A stretch of 59,555 bases of DNA, from IMG/VR virus record IMGVR_UViG_3300036770_007637, positions 1-59,555 of that record; one strand, 5' to 3'. Below are positions 47,811-57,013 of the stretch, piece after piece (the stretch's first letter is position 1; every line of letters starts with the position of its first letter). This stretch comes from a virus (taxonomy: Duplodnaviria > Caudoviricetes). Below the pieces are notes generated by a model. That model searched no databases, was not told where the DNA came from, and worked only from the letters and a program-made list of their open reading frames with translations. Both the position numbers and the translations under genes were made by a program.

Positions 47811-48863
47811 TTATTTTCCGGCTAACTCAGGTTTGTACACACTCTTGAATCCATATGCGGCATCGTGCCATTTGACCAAAGTCTGTAATTTGGATTTGGT
47901 GATGTCTTTTTGTAATCCGTTTACTACTCGTGATGCTTCTTCACCCAACACCCATTCATACTTGCCGGTGTCTTTTTCGATTTCAGCAAGCACATCGGGT
48001 TTGGTCACTATGGCGGCTAAAGCCCGACGCAGGCGATCAGTATTGGGATTTCCACGATCGACCCATAGAGCTTTTTGTATCACATCGCGGAAGGCCCGGC
48101 TGAGACGATAGGCCTCATAGAACTCTCCTTTGGGTTCAACACCGTATTTCTTTTTGAACAATGCTTCAAACTGATAGCCTGGGGGAAAATTGGCATCGTC
48201 AGATTGCTTTCCGGTACGGATATCTCGGATACCATGATGGAACCAAAGCTCGTTTTCCGGTGTATTAGTATAGAACTTGAACCAAGCGGCTACCGATTCA
48301 CGGGTGGTGTTGAACTCACCACGCAGGAATCCAGTACGACGTTCACCGCCTTTGAGGCCATTCACCCAGACGACTTTTTTCTTCCAGCACTCAAGATAAG
48401 CATTAGTGTCAGGGAGATTGCCACAGATCAACATAGCGATGGCCATACCATCGGTTTCCATACCCGATCCTCCGGCCATCTTCACCGGATTCTTGGAAAA
48501 GTCTTCGCCTTTCTTTTTGCCCATAATGATGTTGAGATTCATCATACCGATAGCATCATAGTTTTTATAATCATAATCCACACGGTCCACTAGATAACTG
48601 ATACCGTTGCCACCGTGGCTGACCATGATCACTTTGGGATCTTTACGGAGTTTGTTATGAAACTCGTTGAAACCGGGAATATCTTTGGCTCCAGGAATGT
48701 GCTGGATAGTTACAGGTTCTCCCAGTTCCTTGCTGAGATGCCGTGCGATGATCGATGCCCAAACCGAAGTGCCAGCTCCGGGTTCTTGCGGAACGATCAT
48801 ACGGAAATCGGCCCAGGCCGAAGTGGCCGCGAACATGGCCAGTGTTGCTAAAAGTTTACGCAT
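47811..48863 (-). CDS. Divergent TctC/Bug-like periplasmic binding protein 1
   Basis: Signal peptide; IVPQEPGAG..IARHLSKELGEPVTIQHIPGA. Confidence 0.7.
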   Translation of the reverse strand: MRKLLATLAMFAATSAWADFRMIVPQEPGAGTSVWASIIARHLSKELGEPVTIQHIPGAKDIPGFNEFHNKLRKDPKVIMVSHGGNGISYLVDRVDYDYKNYDAIGMMNLNIIMGKKKGEDFSKNPVKMAGGSGMETDGMAIAMLICGNLPDTNAYLECWKKKVVWVNGLKGGERRTGFLRGEFNTTRESVAAWFKFYTNTPENELWFHHGIRDIRTGKQSDDANFPPGYQFEALFKKKYGVEPKGEFYEAYRLSRAFRDVIQKALWVDRGNPNTDRLRRALAAIVTKPDVLAEIEKDTGKYEWVLGEEASRVVNGLQKDITKSKLQTLVKWHDAAYGFKSVYKPELAGK

Positions 48864-49452
48864 TTGTTTTTCCTTTATAAAGAGTGACCAAGACATCTGG
48901 CCATGTGCGTGTGATCTCCAGAGGCTGTCCGAAATTCTCTCGGATCCATCTGGAGTTGAACGAACTCCACTGGAGATCGTGTTGGTTAGCCCAGACCAGC
49001 ATGGCCTGGTTTTGCTGCGAGATGCCAGCCATCATGCCGCTCTCATCTCGATATTCTTGATAGTTTGGGTAAGCAATATCAAATCCACCGGCCTTGTACC
49101 ACCATGCGAAACTGACCATGTCAGGTCGATAGACCAACATGATCCAGTCATTAGGGAACGCCGAAGCCACTTCATCTAGCTTCACTGCCCAGTTATGGCT
49201 TTTGACTATCCGGGTCCCTCCTGGTTGACTCCAAGCCGAATTGATATGATTTTCTTCTAGTAGAGGTTTGCGCTCCATGCCCTCGCCAAAATACGCACCT
49301 CGATGCCCAGTGAATCCATCTAAATGTGCATCGTAAAATCTAGAATCATCATGGTCTGATGTGTTGATTCCGTCGAGTCGTTCTAGTTCCTGGCTTATGC
49401 CCGACCATTTGGATCCAGGAACTCCTGTGAAAAATATTTTATCGGGTAGCAT
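48856..49452 (-). CDS. Sulfotransferase-fold (P-loop-like) protein
   Basis: FTGVPGSKWS, IVKSH, MLVYR spaced like sulfotransferase motifs. Confidence 0.5.
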   Translation of the reverse strand: MLPDKIFFTGVPGSKWSGISQELERLDGINTSDHDDSRFYDAHLDGFTGHRGAYFGEGMERKPLLEENHINSAWSQPGGTRIVKSHNWAVKLDEVASAFPNDWIMLVYRPDMVSFAWWYKAGGFDIAYPNYQEYRDESGMMAGISQQNQAMLVWANQHDLQWSSFNSRWIRENFGQPLEITRTWPDVLVTLYKGKTNA

Positions 49453-49696
49453 AGAGATAGATCAATCCTGGTATGATGATAAAAAACTGTGGGAGAAAAT
49501 TAGTGATAATAGCCTTTTCATTCCATTTCCACCCTACATATACCCAGCCGCTGGCGCCAACTAGTTGTAGCATAGAATTCCAAGGAGTTATTCCCAGAAC
49601 ATGTAATACCATGGCACAGAGTATGGTAAAGGCACTGACCCATTTGACTATTCGAGTATAGTCGTGATTTTTGTTCTCAGACGTGATTGTTTGCAT
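49439..49696 (-). CDS. Small 3-TM membrane protein (DUF6552-like)
   Basis: KW..PWN..GW..VGW.W.EKA pattern. Confidence 0.6.
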   Translation of the reverse strand: MQTITSENKNHDYTRIVKWVSAFTILCAMVLHVLGITPWNSMLQLVGASGWVYVGWKWNEKAIITNFLPQFFIIIPGLIYLYATR

Positions 49697-49762
49697 AATT
49701 ACTGTTATATACCAAAAAAATCTTTTCTGGTAAATTTTTTTGCTAGAATCAAGGAAAAAATA

Positions 49763-50488
49763 ATGAACACTAAAATTTTTGCTCTAATCACAGAAAATTT
49801 ACAGCAGGCATTTTCGTTGCCCAAATACGCCGATATCAAGATTGATCGCGATACCCAGATAGACGCTTTGCCCTGGACTCCGGCTAGATTTGCAAAATTC
49901 AAACAAAAGATACAGCAGACACTCGATCTTGAATCAGAATTCTCGGGCACTGTGGAAGAAACAGTAAACGACTTTGATAAAAAATATCTCAATAGGTTCT
50001 TTGGAGAGATATGGAAACCAAAGACTGAGAAGTACGGTTATACTGGATGGGGCATAGTGGACGAAGTCATGAAATATCATCCCAAGAAAGTACTAGATGT
50101 GGGTTGCGGCTACAATCAGTTCAAAGGACGTATCCCCAATCTCATTGGTATCGATCCCTACAATAACTGTGCTGATTACATGGTTGATATATTGGAATAC
50201 AATGTAGGACTGGGCACTTACGATGCTATCATTGCGCTGGGATCCATAAACTTCAACAGCCAAGAAGATATCGAAGCACGAGTAGAACAATGCGTCAAAC
50301 TCATGGCTCCAAAAGCACGTATGTATGTGAGGGCCAATCCTGGTATACAATGGCCCAATGGACCGTGGGTCGATATCTTTGCATGGAGCTTTGAAAAAGC
50401 CCATGAGATAGCGGTCAAGTTCGATCTTGAACTAGAAGCATTCAAGAAAGATCAGGACCGCTTGTACTGGGTTTATATCAAGCGTTAG
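49763..50488 (+). CDS. Class I SAM-dependent methyltransferase with N-terminal helical domain
   Basis: VLDVGCG, IGID, YDAIIALGSINF; AAGGA RBS. Confidence 0.85.
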   Translation: MNTKIFALITENLQQAFSLPKYADIKIDRDTQIDALPWTPARFAKFKQKIQQTLDLESEFSGTVEETVNDFDKKYLNRFFGEIWKPKTEKYGYTGWGIVDEVMKYHPKKVLDVGCGYNQFKGRIPNLIGIDPYNNCADYMVDILEYNVGLGTYDAIIALGSINFNSQEDIEARVEQCVKLMAPKARMYVRANPGIQWPNGPWVDIFAWSFEKAHEIAVKFDLELEAFKKDQDRLYWVYIKR

Positions 50489-51198
50489 ACTTCGATAGCA
50501 TCCACACTACGAGCTAACTTTAGAAATTCCTCAGTCTTTGGACCACGCACTCCCGTGGTCACTAAGCTCACTCGAGGTGCCAGTCCCGCATTGGCTGTGC
50601 AGTGGGGAACATTTTTCCAATCAAAGTAGTGTATGTCCCCAGCCTTCCACCCTTGATAGGTATAGTTACCGTATTGATAAAAATGTCCGGGTTCCCAATC
50701 CGTGAGCATGATCATTATACGCATGATCTTATCGGGATCTTCAGGATAGATACGACCTAACTTGTCGATGTGCTTGGTAAACACTTCTCCGGTCATTTGG
50801 GCATGTGCTTTGTCATGCCCATTTTCCAAACCAATCATGTCGCACATCTTTTTGAGAGTAGGCGGAAGCTCGTGTCCCATGCGACACAGAGTAAGGCTAG
50901 GATCACCGCCGGCTTTGATGATATCATACTCTTCAGCATCGATCCAGTTGTTTGGAGGTGTGTTGGTACCGCCATCTCCGCGATCGGTATTGCCGCCATA
51001 TACACGAGTCCGCCATGAACTGGGTTTGCTGTGCTCGATTACCCATTCTATCTCATCTTTCCAATCTCCTATGAAACGACCAACAGGAAAGATACAATCG
51101 TATCTATGATCGAATCGTGTGTTATCAAAATGATAGAAGCTCTGTGCTTTGGTTGATTCCCAACTGCTCTTGATATCTTTATACTGTATATCGCTCAT
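50485..51198 (-). CDS. 2-oxoglutarate/Fe(II)-dependent oxygenase-like protein
   Basis: HID..PHCTAN..RVS facial triad plus Arg. Confidence 0.65.
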   Translation of the reverse strand: MSDIQYKDIKSSWESTKAQSFYHFDNTRFDHRYDCIFPVGRFIGDWKDEIEWVIEHSKPSSWRTRVYGGNTDRGDGGTNTPPNNWIDAEEYDIIKAGGDPSLTLCRMGHELPPTLKKMCDMIGLENGHDKAHAQMTGEVFTKHIDKLGRIYPEDPDKIMRIMIMLTDWEPGHFYQYGNYTYQGWKAGDIHYFDWKNVPHCTANAGLAPRVSLVTTGVRGPKTEEFLKLARSVDAIEV

Positions 51199-52241
51199 TT
51201 TTTCACTAGCTCTTTCTTATAAACTGCCCTGACATTGTAGGCTTTTTCGTGCCACCAGACCAAGGTATCGAGATTGCGTTCGTTGATCTGGCGAAACAGA
51301 TTTTTTGCTACCTGATTGGCTTCTTCTCCGATGATCCACTGATAGCGACCGCTGTCCCGTTCGATTTCTGTGGCTGCCACAGGATCTTTGAGCATATTAC
51401 GCACTGCTTGGCGGATCTTTTCTGTGTTAGGATTTCCTTTGTTGACCCACAATACTTTTTGTAGTACGTTGTTCCAGCGACGTGCCAACACATAGGCTTC
51501 GTACACATCGCCCGAAGGTTGTACACCCCAGGTCTTTTTGTACACGTCGTCGAATTGGAATCCTACAAAATTAGGATTCTCGATCTCTCGATCGGTTTTG
51601 AAATCATACACACCATGTGTGAACCACATGCGAGCCAAAGGTTCTTTTTCGTAAAATTTGTACCAACTAGTAGGAGGATCGCGAGTGACATTGAATTCAC
51701 CGCTGAGGAAGTTGCGGCGTATCTCACTACCTTTGACACCATTGACCCAAACCACTCGATCTCGCCAGCAAGCCAACATAGAATCTCGATCTTTTTGTGG
51801 ACCACACATCATGAGGCCCATAGCCATGCCATCTACCAAGGCGTTGCCAGCACCGAAACGTAGTTTCTGTGTTTTGGCATCAAAGTCTGTACGCTTGGCC
51901 ACAAACAGATCCAGATTCATCAACCCGATAGCATCATACTGGCCAAAATCGAAATCCACTGGAGTGACCAGATAGTTCACTGCATTGCTGCCTAAACTGA
52001 CCATGATGGTCTTGTCTTCGAATCTCAGTTTGTTATGGAATTCGTTGAATCCTGGAATGTTGCGAGCACCGGGAATGTGCTGGATAGTCACTGGTTCACC
52101 GAGGTGTTTTTCCAGATGCTTGGCGATCACCGCGGCCCATACAGCGCCACCGGATCCTGGTTCGCTGGGAACCACTAGTTTGTAATCTGCCCAGGCAGTG
52201 GAACCTACCAACATCATCAATGCTAAAAGTAATTTTTTCAT
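51195..52241 (-). CDS. Divergent TctC/Bug-like periplasmic binding protein 2
   Basis: Signal peptide; paralog of 47811..48863 (LGEPVTIQHIPGA..IPGFNEFHNKLR). Confidence 0.7.
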   Translation of the reverse strand: MKKLLLALMMLVGSTAWADYKLVVPSEPGSGGAVWAAVIAKHLEKHLGEPVTIQHIPGARNIPGFNEFHNKLRFEDKTIMVSLGSNAVNYLVTPVDFDFGQYDAIGLMNLDLFVAKRTDFDAKTQKLRFGAGNALVDGMAMGLMMCGPQKDRDSMLACWRDRVVWVNGVKGSEIRRNFLSGEFNVTRDPPTSWYKFYEKEPLARMWFTHGVYDFKTDREIENPNFVGFQFDDVYKKTWGVQPSGDVYEAYVLARRWNNVLQKVLWVNKGNPNTEKIRQAVRNMLKDPVAATEIERDSGRYQWIIGEEANQVAKNLFRQINERNLDTLVWWHEKAYNVRAVYKKELVKK

Positions 52242-52250
52242 TTGCTTTCC

Positions 52251-53696
52251 TCAGTTATAATCTATACCGCGTCCGCGTCTCGTGAATGACCATATCAACA
52301 ATACCACGCCTAATATTATCAGAGTCAGTGTTATGGGTCTGGTAAAAAACACAGTCCAGTCATACAATGTAAATGCCTGTTGTGTATAATTCTCTAGCTT
52401 TTCACTGACTATGAATGTCAAGAGCACAGCAGGTCTGCTAATCTGGAAATATTTACATGCTATACCTATGGCACTGCAAATAAAGAGTATGTAAAAATCG
52501 TTGACTGTCTGTGTGTACTGGAAACAAGCCCATGTGATTACTGCGATGATCAGAGAACTGTAGATCCAATAAGGTATCTCTAAAATCTTCACGATCAATC
52601 TAGTGGCAAACAACCCAATCACACAACTGATTATCGTGGCCGCTACGAAACTGCCGCCCACTGCCCAGATCATGCGATCGTCTTCTAACAATGAAGGTGT
52701 CCCTAGCTCAAGCCCGAAGTACATGCAAACCGCCATGACCACTGCGGCAAAAGGTGCAGCAGGAATGCCAAACAGCAAAGTAGGAATCATGCTAGATGCT
52801 TTTTGTGCGTTGTTTGCTCCTTCACACCCTAGGAGGCCTTTGGGATTGCCGTTGCCAAACTTTTCATTGCTGTGCTTGGCCACAGTGGACCCGTAGGCCA
52901 CGATATCACCTATGGTACCACCGGCACCTGGTAGCATACCTGTGATGAATCCTATCACTCCGCCACGCCCTACATCACGCCAATTCTCCCGACAATCTCT
53001 CCAGGCCTGGCGCATCTGAGACCAATAAGTTTTCTTATCTATAGATTCTATACGCATATGCCTTTGATGCCAACCTTCGATAAGTTCAGGCACAGCAAAC
53101 AATCCAGCGATCATTGGAATAAATTGTATGCCAGCTTCAAGGTACTCCCAACCAAAAGTAAATCTCGGTGCGGCTGTGCTGGGATCCAACCCGATCAATC
53201 CCAAGAACATGCCCAGTGAGATCGCTACTGCGGCTCGGATATAACTCTTGCTGGTTATCAAGCCCACACAGGCCAAGCTCAAGAAAATAAACGCCGCGAA
53301 TTCTGGTATACCAAAGTACAGCACTATTTTACTGTAGTATGGCATGAAAGCGAACGCCAATGTGCCCCAGATCAAACCATTGATGGTACTGTCGATCAAT
53401 GCTATGCCGATAGCACGAGCTCCTTCGCCGCGTTTGGCCATGGGATGGCCATCGATGATCGATGCGGCAGTCTGTCCTCCCCCGGGGATACCTGTGAGGA
53501 TAGAAGTATAACTGTCGCCGGTACTAGAAGCTGCCACCAGACTGATAAGGAAAGCCAATCCTAGATACGGGTCTGCCTGGAAGAAATGGGCCAGACTGAA
53601 CACTGTCAGCAACCCAGTGGTAGCTCCAGCCACTGGTATCACGCCAATGACGAATCCATAGATGCTACCAATCAAGCACCAGATGATATATTCCAT
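52251..53696 (-). CDS. tctA: Tripartite tricarboxylate transporter large subunit
   Basis: SILTGIPG, DGHPMAKRG, GLFAVPE, EGANNA, IPTLLFGIP; polytopic. Confidence 0.85.
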   Translation of the reverse strand: MEYIIWCLIGSIYGFVIGVIPVAGATTGLLTVFSLAHFFQADPYLGLAFLISLVAASSTGDSYTSILTGIPGGGQTAASIIDGHPMAKRGEGARAIGIALIDSTINGLIWGTLAFAFMPYYSKIVLYFGIPEFAAFIFLSLACVGLITSKSYIRAAVAISLGMFLGLIGLDPSTAAPRFTFGWEYLEAGIQFIPMIAGLFAVPELIEGWHQRHMRIESIDKKTYWSQMRQAWRDCRENWRDVGRGGVIGFITGMLPGAGGTIGDIVAYGSTVAKHSNEKFGNGNPKGLLGCEGANNAQKASSMIPTLLFGIPAAPFAAVVMAVCMYFGLELGTPSLLEDDRMIWAVGGSFVAATIISCVIGLFATRLIVKILEIPYWIYSSLIIAVITWACFQYTQTVNDFYILFICSAIGIACKYFQISRPAVLLTFIVSEKLENYTQQAFTLYDWTVFFTRPITLTLIILGVVLLIWSFTRRGRGIDYN

Positions 53697-53697
53697 A

Positions 53698-54258
53698 TCA
53701 GACCTCCAACAAGCGTGCGATAGGATTAGTCAGGACAGGATGAGTTTGGCGTTCTGGGTGCCATACTATGGCATGTATAGGCAATGATTTGTGGCTAAAC
53801 GCTTCGATCCTGCCATCATTGTCCCAAGCCTCTGCTAAGAAATCTGGCCCAATGGAATCGATGCATTGTGTATGATAACTGTTGACCTCTAGCTTTTCCG
53901 ACTCAATGATCACTGTATGCGTGGTACCATGATGTCCTTCGCAACGACCATTTTTACCGCCGCCGAGATCATTGATAACAAACGCACCATGACAGATTCC
54001 GATTATGGGAATGTTATTGATCACTGCCCAAGCGTAGGCGAAATCTTCAGTCATGTGCCGTGCATAACTGTCCGGGCCGCCGGTTATCAGCAGGCAATCC
54101 ATGCCAAGTGATCCAAAATCCTTCTGCAAGAGATTTGGTATGGTCACTAGCTCGTGCCCTTGTAGAAAATCATACCATACTCGTTCCAGTGCATCAAATA
54201 CAAATTGGCCTGCGGTGTTTTCTATGACTACTTCTCGTTGTGTAAGAGCTATGCGCAT
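53698..54258 (-). CDS. Class I glutamine amidotransferase / peptidase C26 (gamma-glutamyl hydrolase)
   Basis: TGG, GICHG, VNSYH, WHPE triad. Confidence 0.85.
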   Translation of the reverse strand: MRIALTQREVVIENTAGQFVFDALERVWYDFLQGHELVTIPNLLQKDFGSLGMDCLLITGGPDSYARHMTEDFAYAWAVINNIPIIGICHGAFVINDLGGGKNGRCEGHHGTTHTVIIESEKLEVNSYHTQCIDSIGPDFLAEAWDNDGRIEAFSHKSLPIHAIVWHPERQTHPVLTNPIARLLEV

Positions 54259-54260
54259 AT

Positions 54261-54295
54261 AAAAGAAAAGGGGTTAAGTATTTCTACTTAACCCC
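54261..54295 (-). terminator. Rho-independent terminator with TAAGTA in its stem
   Basis: GGGGTTAAGTA-GAAA-TACTTAACCCC-TTTTCTTTT. Confidence 0.75.
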
Positions 54296-54317
54296 TGGGT
54301 TGACGCTGATCTAAATT

Positions 54318-55046
54318 TTAGATAGCTACACGCAGTTCACGTGTGGGCTGACCATAACTCTCGATCATGATGTCTTTCATTTCTTGTGTGGGAGCAGTGT
54401 TGCTCAAGCAAGAAACTTCATACAGGTCCCAGTACATGTCTTTGACCAGGTCCATGACTTTCTGTTGTGCTTCTGCAGACTGACAGAGCTGTTCTAGTTT
54501 CATGCGACCAATCTTGCTGTGGAACTTCTCATCACGAGCGATGCGAGCATAACGGCTGGCGACGAACTGATCTTCCACGATGTCAGCCATGGTCTGCCAT
54601 ACCACGGCAGCACGACCTTCGGCCAAGAACTGATATACAGCAAGGACCATAGGGTCGTTGTGTGCTTCGTACTTGTCGATCAGGCTAGCACCCTGGCTGG
54701 GGTTCTTGGTACCATGTGTACGCTGGGCATCATAGATATCAATAGGACCACCATTGATGTGCTCCAGCACTTCCATAACGAGTTGGAAATGCTTGGCTTC
54801 GTCCATGGCCTGCTTGGAAAGCAACAGGCACTCTTTGGGATCGGTGTCCACAGGCAGAGCGGCCACTTTCTGGCTGATCTCGACCATGTTCCAACGCTCG
54901 TTGAACATCTTGCGCTTGAAATGCTCAAGCAGTGATTCTTTGCTGGGCTTGCTGTTGAAGTATTCGCGGGCAACAAGATCGCTGACCTTGTAGATACCCT
55001 GGAAATCTTGCTCCAGTTCGTCCAAGAAAATTTTGACTGGTTTCAT
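54318..55046 (-). CDS. Ferritin-like diiron-carboxylate protein B
   Basis: NERW, DEAKH, AEGRA, DEKFH; start MKPVK after AAGGA. Confidence 0.8.
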   Translation of the reverse strand: MKPVKIFLDELEQDFQGIYKVSDLVAREYFNSKPSKESLLEHFKRKMFNERWNMVEISQKVAALPVDTDPKECLLLSKQAMDEAKHFQLVMEVLEHINGGPIDIYDAQRTHGTKNPSQGASLIDKYEAHNDPMVLAVYQFLAEGRAAVVWQTMADIVEDQFVASRYARIARDEKFHSKIGRMKLEQLCQSAEAQQKVMDLVKDMYWDLYEVSCLSNTAPTQEMKDIMIESYGQPTRELRVAI

Positions 55047-55062
55047 TTTTCGTGGTTCCTTA

Positions 55063-55767
55063 TTATGCGACCTGGCCATAGGCGTCTTCGACCATGGCTT
55101 TGGATTCGGGCAACATGCCACACTTGAGGCAGTTGATGGTGTAGAGATCACGACGCATACCATCGATCACTGCCAACACACGCTGTTGTTGTTCTTCGTC
55201 TTTGCAGAGCTGGAGCAGTTTGCGCTTGCCGATATTGCTGTGGAACTTCTCATCACGAGCGATCTTGGCATACGATTTAGCAACAAATTCGTCTTCTACG
55301 CACTCGGCCATCATAGCCCAGTTACGAGCAGCACGACCTTCAGCAACAAACTGATACAGAGCTAACATGAGTTCATCATCGGCGGCTTCGTATTTGTCTA
55401 GCAGGCTTGCACCTTTGCTGGATTCGTTACCACGCTGGCTTTCCACAGCGGCCTCTACGTCAATGGGCGCACCATTGATGTGTTCGACCACACGCTTGAC
55501 CATGCGGAAATGATTGGCTTCATCGAACGCTTGCTTGGCCAGCAGATAGAGATCATCAGGGTTGGCATTACTACCAGCCTGGCTGATGTTTCCACTGATT
55601 TCTACCAGGTTCATACGCTCGTTTACCATACGGTTGATAAAGTGCTCAACCAACTCTTCTTTGCTGGGTTTGCTGTCAAAATAAGCCTTGACTTGCAATT
55701 CGCAGGCGCGGAACAGGGCTTCATTTTCCTGCTCCAACTTCTCAATAAAAGTTTCGACTTTCATCAT
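55063..55767 (-). CDS. Ferritin-like diiron-carboxylate protein A
   Basis: NERM, DEANH, AEGRA, DEKFH; tandem TAAATA upstream. Confidence 0.8.
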   Translation of the reverse strand: MMKVETFIEKLEQENEALFRACELQVKAYFDSKPSKEELVEHFINRMVNERMNLVEISGNISQAGSNANPDDLYLLAKQAFDEANHFRMVKRVVEHINGAPIDVEAAVESQRGNESSKGASLLDKYEAADDELMLALYQFVAEGRAARNWAMMAECVEDEFVAKSYAKIARDEKFHSNIGKRKLLQLCKDEEQQQRVLAVIDGMRRDLYTINCLKCGMLPESKAMVEDAYGQVA

Positions 55768-55831
55768 GGGTTTCCTATTCATAAAATGTGAGATCGATCA
55801 GTGCAATCCACAATCATATTTACCGATCTCT

Positions 55832-57013
55832 CTAGGTGTATTTACCTTTTTGGCAGGCTTTTTTGAGGTGCGTAAACGTCAGATGATCCGGCAACAGTTC
55901 TAAGAGCTGATCGCGATGATCAGCAAAGTTCAAGAGAGTAAGATCATCAAGCATGGCGACCCAAGGATTTCGTTCTAAAAAGTATACGGCTAGATTTGAG
56001 CCCGACGATGTCTTGGTTTTGAATCGATGATAGTAAGGGTCCTTGGTCCCTCGATATATGTAGTCCTTGGCTGCTTGTTTGTAATTTCCCACCGTATTCC
56101 CGTATTTTGCTCCATGCATATTGCTGGCCATCGACCAGAGCTGATACTCCTGCGTATCAAACCATGTTATCATGTGATCAAAGTAATCTCGGGCATTGTC
56201 CGAGCGACTCCAGCCTCCCCAAAGGAGAGTTCGTAGCTTGATAGAAACCCAGCTGTAGTTGAAAAATGTCCACCAAAAAAAATCATGATAGGAATTCACC
56301 GGAACATCCACAGATCCGAGATTTTCCGTCACAGTTTCATAATACCAACGACCAAATTCCTGATTATTTCTACCTAGATATTTGATGAGATCATCGGGTT
56401 CTTTGAAAATACTCTTGCTCATTGATTCTTTGTCATCTAGCATCATCATCTGGGCTATGCTACCGGCAAACAGCTGATCGGCGGGCTCGCCATTTATAAA
56501 AAAATGCTGATCATCGACATTGTGTATCCAATGGGATGAATCCAGGACTCTGAAGTTGGGTCTGATGAATTTGTTGAAGAACCATGGATATTCTGCTATA
56601 CTACCATGATTGCAGGCTATGCTGATGTTGCCCCAGTCGGACTTGGGTATGTTTTTCAGGATACTACAGACTATGGTCGTAGAATCGATGCCACCGCTCC
56701 AAAAAACGATCCAGGGAAGATTCCATTTTTGTTGTCTCAGTTCCAGGCATCGTAGATCGGTGGCCGCACCAAAATCCAGTGAGAAATCAGGTTGGAATTT
56801 TGGCATGCGCCAGCCAAGGATGTCTACGATATCGTTGGAAAATGGAAGATTGTTTTCTCCGGCCCTGACATATAGACTCTGTGTACCAGGATCAAAATTA
56901 GTATTGCAGAACTCAAGGCAATGCCAAGGATATGAAAAAGAATCTAGCAAGTTTCTAGATTCTGTATCTGCCAACAGAGATTGCTGATTCAAATAGATAA
57001 TTTTTTTGGCCAA
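55832..57013 (-). CDS. Asparagine-synthetase-like PP-loop ATP pyrophosphatase (no GATase domain)
   Basis: WSGGIDST and NGEPADQLFAG. Confidence 0.65.
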   Translation of the reverse strand: MAKKIIYLNQQSLLADTESRNLLDSFSYPWHCLEFCNTNFDPGTQSLYVRAGENNLPFSNDIVDILGWRMPKFQPDFSLDFGAATDLRCLELRQQKWNLPWIVFWSGGIDSTTIVCSILKNIPKSDWGNISIACNHGSIAEYPWFFNKFIRPNFRVLDSSHWIHNVDDQHFFINGEPADQLFAGSIAQMMMLDDKESMSKSIFKEPDDLIKYLGRNNQEFGRWYYETVTENLGSVDVPVNSYHDFFWWTFFNYSWVSIKLRTLLWGGWSRSDNARDYFDHMITWFDTQEYQLWSMASNMHGAKYGNTVGNYKQAAKDYIYRGTKDPYYHRFKTKTSSGSNLAVYFLERNPWVAMLDDLTLLNFADHRDQLLELLPDHLTFTHLKKACQKGKYT

